A stretch of DNA of 64,000 bases. Source: Naegleria gruberi. Taxonomy: Eukaryota. The stretch's first letter is position 1; each line of letters opens with the position of its first letter. The stretch lies in NCBI GenBank assembly GCA_000004985.1, contig GG738909.1, one strand, 5' to 3'. Position numbers and translations under genes: made by a program. Positions 1-10,500 of the stretch are shown here, one piece after another. The notes under the pieces were generated by a model that worked only from the letters and a program-made list of their open reading frames with translations, was not told the origin of the DNA and made no database searches.

Positions 1-435
1 TTATTATTATTAACATTACCAACATTATTAATTGTTAAATTATTAGCACTATTAGCTCTTGAAATATTATAAGGACCACTCGTGCTTGATGTTGTTACAT
101 ATTGTTGAAGTTGTGGTGATGATATTGGGTTGTTTTTGTTGTAATTTTGATTGGCGGGAAAAGTTGTCGAAGAAACAAGAGAAAAATTGTGATGATGATT
201 AACACCGACTCGCATGAAGGTTTCTTCCGTTGTGGTTGCCGTGTTGTTGTTATTAGTATTATTATTTGATGCAACAACAGAGGTGTTACTTGATGATGAC
301 GTCGGATATTGGTGATGGTAATTGGGAGGCTGGTAATTATAATGATGATGATTATTGTGATGGTGATGATTATCTAGAGTTGTTGATTGTTGTTGCTCTA
401 ACAACAGGTTGCCTTTATTGTTGGTTGTCGTCATT
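1..435 (-). CDS. Partial CDS, the N-terminal part of a low-complexity protein rich in Asn/His/Thr/Ser. The gene continues beyond the window start.
   Basis: The minus-strand frame is open from an ATG (reverse complement at about 433-435) to position 1 with no stop. Composition is poly-N/H/T. It is absent from the ORF track because no stop lies within the window. (TTA)n microsatellite at 1-30. Confidence 0.3.
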
Positions 436-748
436 GGACAAAAACCACAGGCGAGTAGAGGTTTGTTGGTGAGTTGATCTGGTAATGGTGATGGAAACAA
501 GATTAAAGGAGTTTTTTTCTTGAATGTCAAATGTCCTCAGGTCAATTTGGTGATGGTTGAGCAATGACCAACCACACTTAATTGCAAACAGAAAGATAAT
601 AATCCACTCTTTGTCTTTTAAAATATGGCTCCTTATTTCTTCTTTTTATTTCAAGTTTACAATTCACAAGCTATTCCAATAATTAGAAACCCCAAACACA
701 ACAATCACAGAGTGTCACTGAAATTTTAAATTTTTAAATTTAAAAAAA

Positions 749-1402
749 ATGCAAAACTTGTCTTTGGATGATATCTTTTGTGTGATGGAATTTTTGCCCA
801 GTCATGATTTGGCGAATGCTCTGATGACTTGCAAGGAGTGGTATTCCTTGGATCAATTTGAACCATTCTGGAAGACAATTCTACAACACTATCTTACTTC
901 AAATATTATTTTACTATACGGAAAGATTGTCGGAGTTCATAAAGTCTCCATGACGATCAAAAATTATTGGGATCTGCCAAAGGTGAAGAAAACACTTAAA
1001 ACAGGTAATACAAAGGAAAAGAAGGCATTAATTTCATCTTTGAGATCTCTCAAGACGAAAAAAAACTCTAAACTCTTTACTATAGATAGATCAATATTGA
1101 ATATGTTTCTTACCTCATATGATATTCACATATTGCAGGATAAGACAGCTTCTAGAGAGTCTTTGAAAAAATTTATTATTCATGATGAAGAAGTTGGACC
1201 AACAGATGAAGAAATGGATGAATTTGATAATGGAGAAACGTCATCAGAGAGCAAGAGACCAGCAGTGATTGGCAAAAGATTCAAATACTTGATGGAAAAG
1301 CAATTATACTCTAAGAGAACTGTTATTATTTCTACATTCTTAATATCAACAAGAGTAATTATTATCATCGTGCAGATGAGGCTTTCATACTTTCATTATT
1401 AA
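749..1402 (+). CDS. F-box domain protein (first coding segment). It is probably the same gene as 1543-2619, joined by an unresolved intron or frame change.
   Basis: The N-terminus LSLDDIFCVMEFLPSHDLANALMTCKEWYSL matches the F-box consensus. The frame-2 ORF ends at 1402 and a frame-1 open frame begins at 1357. A candidate intron at 1355-1449 (GTAATT...AG, 95 nt) has compatible phase but is unverified. Confidence 0.5.
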   Translation: MQNLSLDDIFCVMEFLPSHDLANALMTCKEWYSLDQFEPFWKTILQHYLTSNIILLYGKIVGVHKVSMTIKNYWDLPKVKKTLKTGNTKEKKALISSLRSLKTKKNSKLFTIDRSILNMFLTSYDIHILQDKTASRESLKKFIIHDEEVGPTDEEMDEFDNGETSSESKRPAVIGKRFKYLMEKQLYSKRTVIISTFLISTRVIIIIVQMRLSYFHY

Positions 1403-1542
1403 GTACATGTTTAGGAAAGGAATATAGAAGTGAGACGTGTTCCGTAGAGGATTACCAACTTGGAAAGGAAGCCTTTTCATTATTTTTCAAATTTCATGAA
1501 CAGTTAGATTATGCTGACAAATGTTGGGCCTCAATATTAGAT

Positions 1543-2619
1543 TTGTGCGTTATGAGCTTGAACGAGTTTGTAAAAGTAGAGGATTATGAGGAGGTTTTGA
1601 AAAAGATTTTGGAGGTCAAATATACTTTCAGTATTGATCTCTCATTGGTTGAATATATATTTTTCCAAACTGATTGCTGTACGAACGGTCTTCTGCCATT
1701 AATAACACAAATACTTGAAAAAAATAGAATGGAGGGCTCCTTTACAAATTACATGATGTATCAGAGTATATATGATATGACTGATGAGCTGAAACTTGCT
1801 AAACAAGTTGCTGACTATTTTACATATTTGGAAAAGTTCAGAACTCGTGAACAAATAATGCAAAGTCACCTTAATGATTTTATTATTTCATCAATGGGAA
1901 GATTGCCAGATACTTATATTGATGAGCTCTTGAAGCTATATCCTATTGATCTTAATTCAGTTTCATTCTCCGATTGTGCACGATTTCAAGTTACTGAAAA
2001 GATCCTAGAGATTGCCAATAGAAGAGGAATTTATTATCCTCTAGAGACTGTAGAGAAAGCCATTGTCGACATATATTACACTCGCTCTTCCTATAATACC
2101 ATCAAATACATTATGGAGCACTATAATTTGGATATTTACGAGATTGAGAAAAGAACCAAATTTTTCTCTAGATTTTTAGGATCGCTCTTAAGATATGATA
2201 TCAATACTGAACAATTGAAATCAAATATTGAAACAATATTCCCAAACTCACCAATAGAATGGAAAAAATTGGCAAGCATACATGATGGAATTAATGAAAT
2301 TACTGAAAGAATCATTAGTCTTGTTCAAACTTGTTGTGAGAGACCGTCAGGTGAAGAGTTACTTTATTTAAGGGAGTGTTTTACACCAAATATTTTTGAT
2401 CTGAATGTCATGGTACGATCACTGTCCAATGCAACACCTGCATGTTCCCTCACTCTCTATAATCTTACCATGTATTCTGAAGATGAGAAACTCTCTGACC
2501 ATATGGATAGAATGCTTAATGAGCAAGATTTTTCACATTTTACAGGTATTGATTTTGCAAATTACGGTCCATCAGATCCTAGATATTTAGTAGCAGTTTA
2601 TCGATTTGTCCACCAATAA
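1543..2619 (+). CDS. Hypothetical protein, about 358 aa, probably the C-terminal part of the F-box gene upstream.
   Basis: Long ORF on the same strand immediately downstream of the F-box segment. The track's start is a TTG. No motif recognised. Confidence 0.4.
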   Translation: MCVMSLNEFVKVEDYEEVLKKILEVKYTFSIDLSLVEYIFFQTDCCTNGLLPLITQILEKNRMEGSFTNYMMYQSIYDMTDELKLAKQVADYFTYLEKFRTREQIMQSHLNDFIISSMGRLPDTYIDELLKLYPIDLNSVSFSDCARFQVTEKILEIANRRGIYYPLETVEKAIVDIYYTRSSYNTIKYIMEHYNLDIYEIEKRTKFFSRFLGSLLRYDINTEQLKSNIETIFPNSPIEWKKLASIHDGINEITERIISLVQTCCERPSGEELLYLRECFTPNIFDLNVMVRSLSNATPACSLTLYNLTMYSEDEKLSDHMDRMLNEQDFSHFTGIDFANYGPSDPRYLVAVYRFVHQ

Positions 2620-3266
2620 ATCATATTTAATAACAATAGATTCAATCAGGAACATTATGTCTAAAGATTAAATGCAAGAGAATTGTCAATATTGACAAAT
2701 TCTATCGGACTGATTTCAAATGAGGGAATGAGCCTATATCTATTACAACTCGTACGAATGGAATCTTTGGAATTAATAATAATTGGCATCCGAGTTTTTC
2801 CGAAAGGGCTCACTTTCTCTCAATTTCTTCCTCCCGCAATCGCAAGTTTAATCCGGTTGTAAAATAGTGGGATAACAATAAGGAAGAGAGTCGTTATCTT
2901 TGTGAGGTATTGGCACATGCCAATAATCCTTTTCTCCTTCTCACTACAGACCAATTCAAAGAAGTATCAATTCCATGATGATGTTGCTCCATTGGAGGAT
3001 CATCAAAATTTCAATCAATTTCCCATTAACATTTGAACTCTCTCTTGAAAATACGTGTTTTCTTCTCTTTCTCTTTACAACATTAAGATATTTTCTTCAA
3101 CTTTCAATATTTCCCGAATCGACCTATTTAAAGAGTAACAAACTTCGCTCAAGTGTTGGATAAATCAAACTTAAAAAAAACTCCTCATCTCTTTTCCGCG
3201 TTTTTTCAGAGCCTTGTTGAAAAGAGAAGTTTTAAATAGATTCAAAAAGAGAGATTTATATAAAGA

Positions 3267-4952
3267 ATGACTGAGACAAGTGGTAGGGTTGTTGCTTCTG
3301 CTGATTTGAAAGAGGTGGTTGATGATCAAGTACAACAACATGCTGATGTTGTCGATAATCATCATCAACAACAATATCAGGCTAGTGCCGAGAAGGCTAT
3401 TGCTAATGGTCAATCGGATGTTGTAGTTAATGATGCTCAAGTTTTGGACAAGATGGGAGAAATTACAAAGAATGAAATGAATCAAACAGAGAGGTTTTAT
3501 TTGAGGAAGATTGTTGCCAAGACATGTAGTGATCCACCTAATTTGATAATTTATTCATTGATTATTTTATTTGGGCTATCTTCGTGGATTGCAGTGAATG
3601 GCATCTATTCAGAGATACCTCTATTGGGTTATGTCATGCCAGAAGGGTATGCTATTGCTGTGGATATGAATTTGAGTTTACAATTGGCTAATATTGTCCC
3701 CTTCATGTATTTTGTGTTTATGATTTTCAAAAAGATGATTCAAAGAAAGCTCAAACCAACTACGACAAGGAAGTCAACATTTGACATTGTGGATACAGTA
3801 TCTATTTTGAGCTTATTTGTGATTGGTATTGGAGCATTGATTGGCATGTCGTTTTTGTGGAATATTCCAATTAATGGAAGGTCATGGCCATTTTTAATAA
3901 TGATGTTCTTGGTTGGAGTTAGTGATTGTACCTCAACATTGTTGTTTTATCCATTTGTATTACATTTCAAACATGCTTATTCAAGTGCTCTATTAATTGG
4001 AGAATCCTTAACTGGTTTGATAGCTTCCATTATTTCCATTATTCAAAATTCAACTCCAACACCATTGTTCCCATTTTGGGTATTTTGCATCATTATTGCA
4101 GGTATCACTGCCATTAGTTTGGTTTCTTATTGTTTATTAAGATTTTTACCATACTCTAAAAAGGAATTGAGAAGAGATGTTGATGCTTTGGATGAGGAAA
4201 CAAGAGAATTAATAGTGAAAAAACGACCACTCATGACATGGTCTACCGTAAGGTTGATTTTTTTCCAATTCTTGATAAGCTGTTCTGAAAACGGAGTTGT
4301 TGTTTCAATCATGCCATATGTCTTTGCTCACTACAAACATCATGCCACATTGTTGCAGTATGCTATCACCATAGGTATGATTATCAGCCCAATAGCTAGT
4401 GGCGTTGCTTACCTCGTTCCATTTTACAACTTTTTCATTGCCATGTTCTGCCACTTGATTTGGATTGTTGGTGCTTGCTTTTTAACAGTTATTGCATTCA
4501 ATAATCCAAATCCTCCATTGAAATACTCGACAGCTTTCGGAGGATTCCTAGTGGTCGTGGCCATTCTCACAAAGGGATTCATGTCATTCTGTAAAACAAA
4601 AGAATTTTTACACAGCCATCAAGTCATTGAAAAGCAGGACGAAATGATTTATAAGAAATTATTATTGGAATCTAGAAAAAAGACTGAACAAACTCAACAT
4701 GTGGAAGAAAAACTCGAGCAAATTGAACCAATTAGTACTGAACAACAAGAAGCAACAATCGTTCCTAATGGAGAGGAAATTATTGACCTACCAATCAATC
4801 AAAAGAAATTAACCTTTGGAGAACGTTTAAGAGATGCTCTAACTCAAATGGATTTGAATCCTTTCCGATGTGCTGGTTTTGGAATTCAAATTGGAGCTCT
4901 TGTAGCTACAGTTACAGTGAAATTATTCTCAGACGCTCATTATTTTTCATAA
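3267..4952 (+). CDS. Riboflavin transporter-like (SLC52/RFVT family) multi-pass membrane protein.
   Basis: 561-aa ORF with about 10-11 hydrophobic helices. The segment SSWIAVNGIYSEIPLL...PEGY resembles the conserved SLC52 N-terminus (SW.AVNG.W.ELP...PEGW). Single exon. Confidence 0.55.
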   Translation: MTETSGRVVASADLKEVVDDQVQQHADVVDNHHQQQYQASAEKAIANGQSDVVVNDAQVLDKMGEITKNEMNQTERFYLRKIVAKTCSDPPNLIIYSLIILFGLSSWIAVNGIYSEIPLLGYVMPEGYAIAVDMNLSLQLANIVPFMYFVFMIFKKMIQRKLKPTTTRKSTFDIVDTVSILSLFVIGIGALIGMSFLWNIPINGRSWPFLIMMFLVGVSDCTSTLLFYPFVLHFKHAYSSALLIGESLTGLIASIISIIQNSTPTPLFPFWVFCIIIAGITAISLVSYCLLRFLPYSKKELRRDVDALDEETRELIVKKRPLMTWSTVRLIFFQFLISCSENGVVVSIMPYVFAHYKHHATLLQYAITIGMIISPIASGVAYLVPFYNFFIAMFCHLIWIVGACFLTVIAFNNPNPPLKYSTAFGGFLVVVAILTKGFMSFCKTKEFLHSHQVIEKQDEMIYKKLLLESRKKTEQTQHVEEKLEQIEPISTEQQEATIVPNGEEIIDLPINQKKLTFGERLRDALTQMDLNPFRCAGFGIQIGALVATVTVKLFSDAHYFS

Positions 4953-5089
4953 TCAGATATAAAGTAAAATATCTGATTAATTTTCAAAATTTCCAAAAAT
5001 AGCAAAACGTGACCATCACGTTTATGCTACAGACTTATTATCATTCAAGCATTGCGAGCACGTTTTGTTTTCAATAATTAAAAAATAAG

Positions 5090-7816
5090 ATGCAAATGCT
5101 TCACATTTTGATAATAAGCGTTTTCCTCACGTTGTTGACACCAGCCATATGTCAATTTATTCCACCTGATATTGAAGTCAAACCTATTATTACTGGCCTA
5201 AAGGGACCCTCTTCACTCTTTTACCAACACGACAGTCTCTTCATCCTAGCAACTAATCAACAAATTCTACTCAAGACAGACTTTCAATCAAAGCCAAACA
5301 TTATTCTTGGCATTAACAACACTTTTGGATACAATGGAGATGGAAAACTTGCAAAGGACACCACTTTAAGTAATCCTCACGGTTTACATGTGAATGGCTC
5401 GTTCATTTATATTCCAGATAAATGGAGTCAGCGCTTGAGAATGGTCAACAAGGAAACAATGATTGTTCAAACAATTGCTGGAAATGGAATCTGTGGTTTC
5501 AGTGGTGATGGACAAAAAGTTGGAGTGCCAAATACACAATTGTGTAATCCACAAGGAGTTTTTGTGGAGAAAAATGAGATTTATATTGCAGATACTTTCA
5601 ACAATAGAATTAGAAAGATAGATTCGAATAATTTTCTTTCGACTGTTGTAGGGTCTAGCTCAATTGGTGGGTTTTCAGGGGATGGAGGTCTAGCAACAAA
5701 CGCCAAACTCTTTAGACCTGAATCTGTATTTGTGTATATGAATCAAGGCCAAACTGATATATTGATTGCCGACACTTTTAATAATAGAATCAGATTAGTC
5801 AAGAATGGTATAACCTCAACAATAGCAGGCGGAAATACCCAAGGATACAATGGAGATGGTATTCTTGCTAAAGATGCGTATCTATGTCAACCTAGCTCTG
5901 TATTTGTTACAACAGTTGGTGAAAGTCTTATTGCTGATTATTGTAATCACAAAATTAGAAGAATTTTCACAAATGGAACGATAACTAGTTTACCAATACA
6001 GGTCAGATATCCAAAATCCATTTTTCTTGATCAAACAAATGGCAATCTTTACATCTCTGAATTGGTTGATGGGACAGTTCAACAAGTGACATTTTACTGT
6101 AAAGAAGGATACAAATTGAATGATTTTCTTGTATGTGAACCTGTTTGCCAACAATCATGCAATACGAAAGGTAAATGTTTGGCTCCTGATGTTTGTGAAT
6201 GTCAGGACAGATACTATGGTGAGTTCTGTGAGGAGTTTACATGTTTTGGAATCTCAAAGGATCATCCAATGGTTTGTTCTGGACATGGATCTTGTATTTC
6301 TCCTGATTCATGTGAATGTGAAGTTAATTACTTTAACAGTAACTGCTCAGCAACTTCTTGCTTTGGAAAGAACTCAACCGAGCCATCTGTTTGCAATTCA
6401 CATGGTAAATGCACTTTATTCAACACATGTAAATGTGAATTCAACAAATATGGTGGCAATGAGTGTGAAATTCCTCTATGCAATGGAAAAAACTCTTCAG
6501 ATCCCAATGCATGCTCTGGTAATGGATTCTGTAGCACTGTCGTTTCTCCCGCTTCATGCATTTGCACTCGAGATATGAGTGGAGCATATGTAGGATCTGA
6601 TTGTCAATACCCAACCTGTATTTCAATCCCCTCTTACGAACCGAGAGTTTGCAGTGGAAATGGTCGTTGCTATGGATTTAATTTGTGTGAATGCAAAGAA
6701 GGATACGAAGGACTGTTTTGTGAATCAGTTACATGTGGAACTGGTTGCAAGATAGCTGCTTCAATTCCTGCGAGCGTTGTAGTCGGAGTTTGTGGTGTTA
6801 TTAGTTTGGTTTTGTTTCTGACGAGAACGAAACTGAAAGAATTTGCTAAAAAGCTCACATATACTGAACTTAAAGATATAGAGATAGTACCTTATCAACA
6901 TTTCTACATTGCTACAGAAGATGAAAAATACGAATACAAACTCAAAAGAATATTAGGAAAGGGAGGATTTGGTAAAATTTATGTTTTTGATGAGATTAGT
7001 GATGGGCAAACCATTGAAGTTGCAGTGAAAATCGTTGAGTCAGTTGATATGTCTGTTCTTAATGAGCCTACAACTATGAGTAGGTTACAACATACCCATA
7101 TTGTACCTATTCGTCGTTTTACAATTGTTGGTGATGGAAAGTATACTTGTTTAATTATGCCACTGTATCTCTGTGATTTGAGAAAGTGGTCTCAAAGCTC
7201 ATTGATGACCATTGAACTGATTATTGAAATTGTTAAGCAAACTGCCTTCAATATCTGCACAATATGAATATGGTCCATAGAGATCTGAAACCAGAAAACA
7301 TACTAGTTGAATCTCCAAATCCTTCACAGGATACGATCATTGATATATCCTCATTCCACTTGCGTGTTGGCGATTGGGGATCAGCCAGATTCGAATCTGT
7401 TGAGACAAGCAATGGTTTCACAGCACAGTACTGCTCACCAGAACATTTTCAAGAAGGAATAACTTCCTGCAACAAGAGTGATATTTGGAGTCTTGGATGT
7501 ATTCTCTATCAATTACTCTCATCAGATTACGAATCGAAACTAAATGTAGTGAAACAAAAAACTCAAAGTGATGAAGACGATAAGGAAATTAGGGAAACAG
7601 TAAGGGGAATGACCAAACTGGATGATTCATTCAAGCTTAATTCCATGTGTGATTTAATGCTAAATATGATCAAGTTCAACCCAGAGGAAAGGTAAGTTTG
7701 CTTTGAATCTAATAATCTTAATCATAATGGATAGAATATCTGCTGATGAAATATTGCACAGATTGAGTACCATTAATAATCAGTCAATGGATATAGCTCA
7801 GAATTCTGGCAATTAA
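5090..7816 (+). CDS. Receptor-type Ser/Thr protein kinase with a signal peptide, NHL-like repeats, Cys-rich EGF-like repeats, a TM helix and a kinase domain. Contains a 1-nt frameshift at about 7237-7245 and an intron at 7692-7734.
   Basis: - Repeated xADTFNNRIRxI units (NHL-like), then multiple CxCxxxxxGxxC EGF-like modules.
- TM segment VVGVCGVISLVLFL.
- Kinase motifs GKGGFGKIY, VAVK, HRDLKPENILV, DWG and SPE.
- The frame switches from 2 to 1 at a run of three A at 7239-7241. Restoring one A gives ...EIVKQNCLQYLHNMNMVHRDLKPEN.
- Donor GTAAGT at 7692, acceptor AG at 7733-7734, last exon 7735-7816 (...FNPEERISADEILHRL*). Confidence 0.7.
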
Positions 7817-7939
7817 GTATTCACTCTTTTAACACAATACAATATGAATTATTCAGAGGCATTTTCCATACATTTTTGTTAGTATCCTGTCAACCTTAAA
7901 ATTCCAATTTCGAATAATCATTTTAAAAAAATTCTCATC

Positions 7940-9161
7940 ATGTCCTTCGATCTTCTTCCATACGACGTTCAAGGTCACATCCTAAGTTTTCTTTCCTTCC
8001 GAAATGGAGTCAAATGGATGTTCATCTCCAAAGTTTGGTACCAATTATTGAGAGAACATTTATTTTCTCAATATTATTATTGTATTACACTTTATGGAGA
8101 TAACTATTTGCAAAGGCAGGGTCATGCTGCTGTTCCGTATGGTGAGGATAAGTTGATTTTGTTTGCAGGATATGATGGTCATGTAACTGATGAACAGGTA
8201 AGTTGATTGTAAAGTTTTTAATAATATTAAAATGTTTATTGTATATTTTTTCATTACATAGACCAACGAATTGATGGTTTATGATTTGAAAAAAGATTAT
8301 CTTAAACACTTACAAAGATTATCAAAAAACTCCAAAAAAGTTCCAATAGGAAGATCTTTCTTTCCAATGTGTTCTATTGGAAACAATGAATTTGTTTTGA
8401 ATGGAGGATATTGTGACTTCATAACTGATAAGCAGTTGAACGATACTTGGACAATCTCCATTCAAAATAACAATCAACTCGAATGGAAACAAGTCAATCA
8501 AAGTGGTGAAATTCCACCCATTATGGACACCCATTCACTGGTTCACTACAATGGATATTTAGTTTTATTTGGAGGAAGTCAATCAGTTTCTGATGAATTT
8601 CAAAGTGTTTATCATGATATCTATGTTATGAAATTAGAAACTGGAGTTTGGTATAAATTGATATTGGATAGAAATAGTATTTCACCTGGGAATATCACTG
8701 GTCATACAGCACATTTAATTGAAGGAACAAATCAAATGATTTTATTTGGAGGACGAACAAATCAAGGAATTCAAAATCAAATTTGGATTCTTCACATTGT
8801 TTTACCAGATAATTCCAAATATTTCCAAGAATATTCAAAATGGGAATTAGTTAAACCAGTTTCCAAATTAATTCCACAACCAACACTTTATCATGCCTCT
8901 GTTTTGGTTGGTGATGAATTATTTATTTTCGGTGGATGGTCCACCTATAGCTCAACTAATCAATTTCTTGCATTCAATTACAAAACAAGAAACTGGAGAG
9001 ACCTTTCAAAATTAGTAATTGGTCGGACAATCAAAGAAGAATTGCCTTATTCATATGGACATACTTTGACTCTGGTGGGAAATAAGATTGTTTTGATTGG
9101 AGGATGTGGAATTAATGGTTATCAAAAGAATGTTTTAGTTTTTCTTTCATTGAAAAACTAA
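7940..9161 (+). CDS. F-box / kelch-repeat protein; join(7940..8197, 8262..9161).
   Basis: - N-terminal F-box-like LLPYDVQGHILSFLSFRNGVKWMFISKVW.
- Intron: GTAAGT donor at 8198, acceptor AG at 8260-8261 (64 nt), phase 0.
- Downstream kelch / galactose-oxidase-type repeats (LVLFGG, ILFGG, LFIFGGW, VLIGG). Confidence 0.7.
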
Positions 9162-9193
9162 ATAATCTAGAAGAAAGTTCCTAAGGATGAAAT

Positions 9194-10176
9194 TTAATGT
9201 TTATGATCCAATTCGAATATGTAAAAGTCATAAACTGGTTTGAAACCAAACTTTTCATAAATTCCAATTCCCATTTCAGTTGCTTCTAAAACCATTTTCG
9301 TGTAACCTAATTGTTTGGCCATGTCTATCATTGAAACCATGAGAATGGTTGCAAATCCTTGGTTTCTGTGTCCATCACGAGTTGCCAAATGATTAATAGA
9401 AGCAACATGTTTTCCCATCACTAATTTTCCACAAGCAACTATTTCCACTTGTCCATTCGAAAGTTTTTGCTTAATTCCAACAGTGAAACTTTTCACAGAC
9501 GAATCTGGAGCAACTGTCGAAGTATCATTTCTAATAATTTCCTTCAAATTATCAGAAATTTGTGGAACACCACTAAATGCATCGGATTGACAAGTCCAAA
9601 ACTGAACCATTTCCTCTGGACTTTTCATTTCTACCAATTCGAATGATTTCTTCTCATTTTCACAAATCTTTCGTCCAGAAAATATTGGAATTGACGAGTA
9701 TTCCATATTTTCCACCATCCATCTTCTCTTTTCCTGATAATATTCAGTCAAATCTTGAATTTGTAAAAGCATGACAGTTTGCATTGTCAAGCTAGAAAAG
9801 CATTCTTTCAAATTCATCTTTTCAAGCTAGAAAAGCATTCTTTCAAATTCATCTTTTTGTAAATGTAAGTGGAGCCAAATTTCAATCGTTCTTGAACTTT
9901 TTCACTCCACAGCAATTGGTATTCTTGTAAGAGAGTCAAATTTTCACTTGTGGCCATATTAATCTTGCAATAATAAAACTGTGGAGTGCCATTGAGTCCT
10001 AAATTTGAAATCCTCGTGGCTGTGTCCATCACATCCTTGGTGTATCCACCAAAAACCTCCAGATACTCCAATCCTACCAATTCAAAGTGACTCATCGTGG
10101 CGTGAGAAGTCGTAAACTCTGCAAAACTATCCTGCACCATACTCATGAGTGCATTCTCTCCTTCCAAACTTGCCAT
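9194..10176 (-). pseudogene. GNAT-family N-acetyltransferase whose reading frame is interrupted by a perfect 35-bp tandem duplication. Either a pseudogene or an assembly artefact.
   Basis: Two adjacent minus-strand ORFs both contain MNLKECFSSL. Removing one 35-bp unit at 9788-9857 fuses them into a single frame of about 315 aa. The C-terminus has the GNAT fold motif RNQGFATILM...LEATEMGIGIYEKFGFK. Confidence 0.5.
9788..9857. repeat. Perfect 2 x 35-bp tandem duplication (caagctagaaaagcattctttcaaattcatctttt) inside the GNAT coding sequence.
   Basis: Read directly: 9788-9822 is identical to 9823-9857. The unit length is not a multiple of 3, so it introduces a premature stop. Confidence 0.9.
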
Positions 10177-10465
10177 TTTCGTGTTTTAAATTTTCAAACT
10201 ATTGTGAGCGGTATTATTAATATTTGTTACATAAAAAAACAATATTTTGCAAATCTTATATGTTGTGGGCTATGAAGCAGTTTCTAGCACAGTGCAAGTT
10301 ACTCGTTTTTTTTGAATCAAAAAAAGAATGCACTAGACGGAGTATTTAATGTACAAATAAGGATGTGATATGAGAAAGAGGAATGGACTAATAAGGACGT
10401 CAGGCAAAGAGAGGTTTTGGTTCAAGATTGGTTGAGGCACTGACAATATAAATTGAAATTTGGTT

Positions 10466-10500
10466 ATTAATGTCTCTTGCATCGTAAAGACCTGAGAGAC
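10466..10500. other. Conserved hairpin-forming motif of about 35 bp (attaatgtctcttg.atc...gacctgagagac). A second copy lies at 53546-53581.
   Basis: 17/18 and 12/12 identical blocks flank a variable loop. The GTCTCT / AGAGAC arms can pair. Both copies are intergenic. Confidence 0.4.

Noticed and set aside
1355-1380. A 26-nt GT...AG segment that would join the two F-box gene ORFs in frame.
   Set aside because: Far shorter than every supported intron in the window (38 nt or more). A 95-nt alternative (1355-1449) also fits the phase, so the junction is left unresolved rather than asserted.
3171-3485. A 104-aa minus-strand ORF overlapping the start of the riboflavin-transporter gene.
   Set aside because: It overlaps the 5' end of a well-supported gene on the other strand, and its translation is low-complexity Ile/Leu-rich.
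6120-6858. Several 60-150-aa ORFs (6120-6578 plus; 6328-6567, 6441-6626 and 6670-6858 minus) inside the receptor-kinase EGF region.
   Set aside because: They lie in alternative frames or antisense to a long motif-rich ORF. The Cys/His-rich translations are a by-product of the EGF codon periodicity. There is no independent support.
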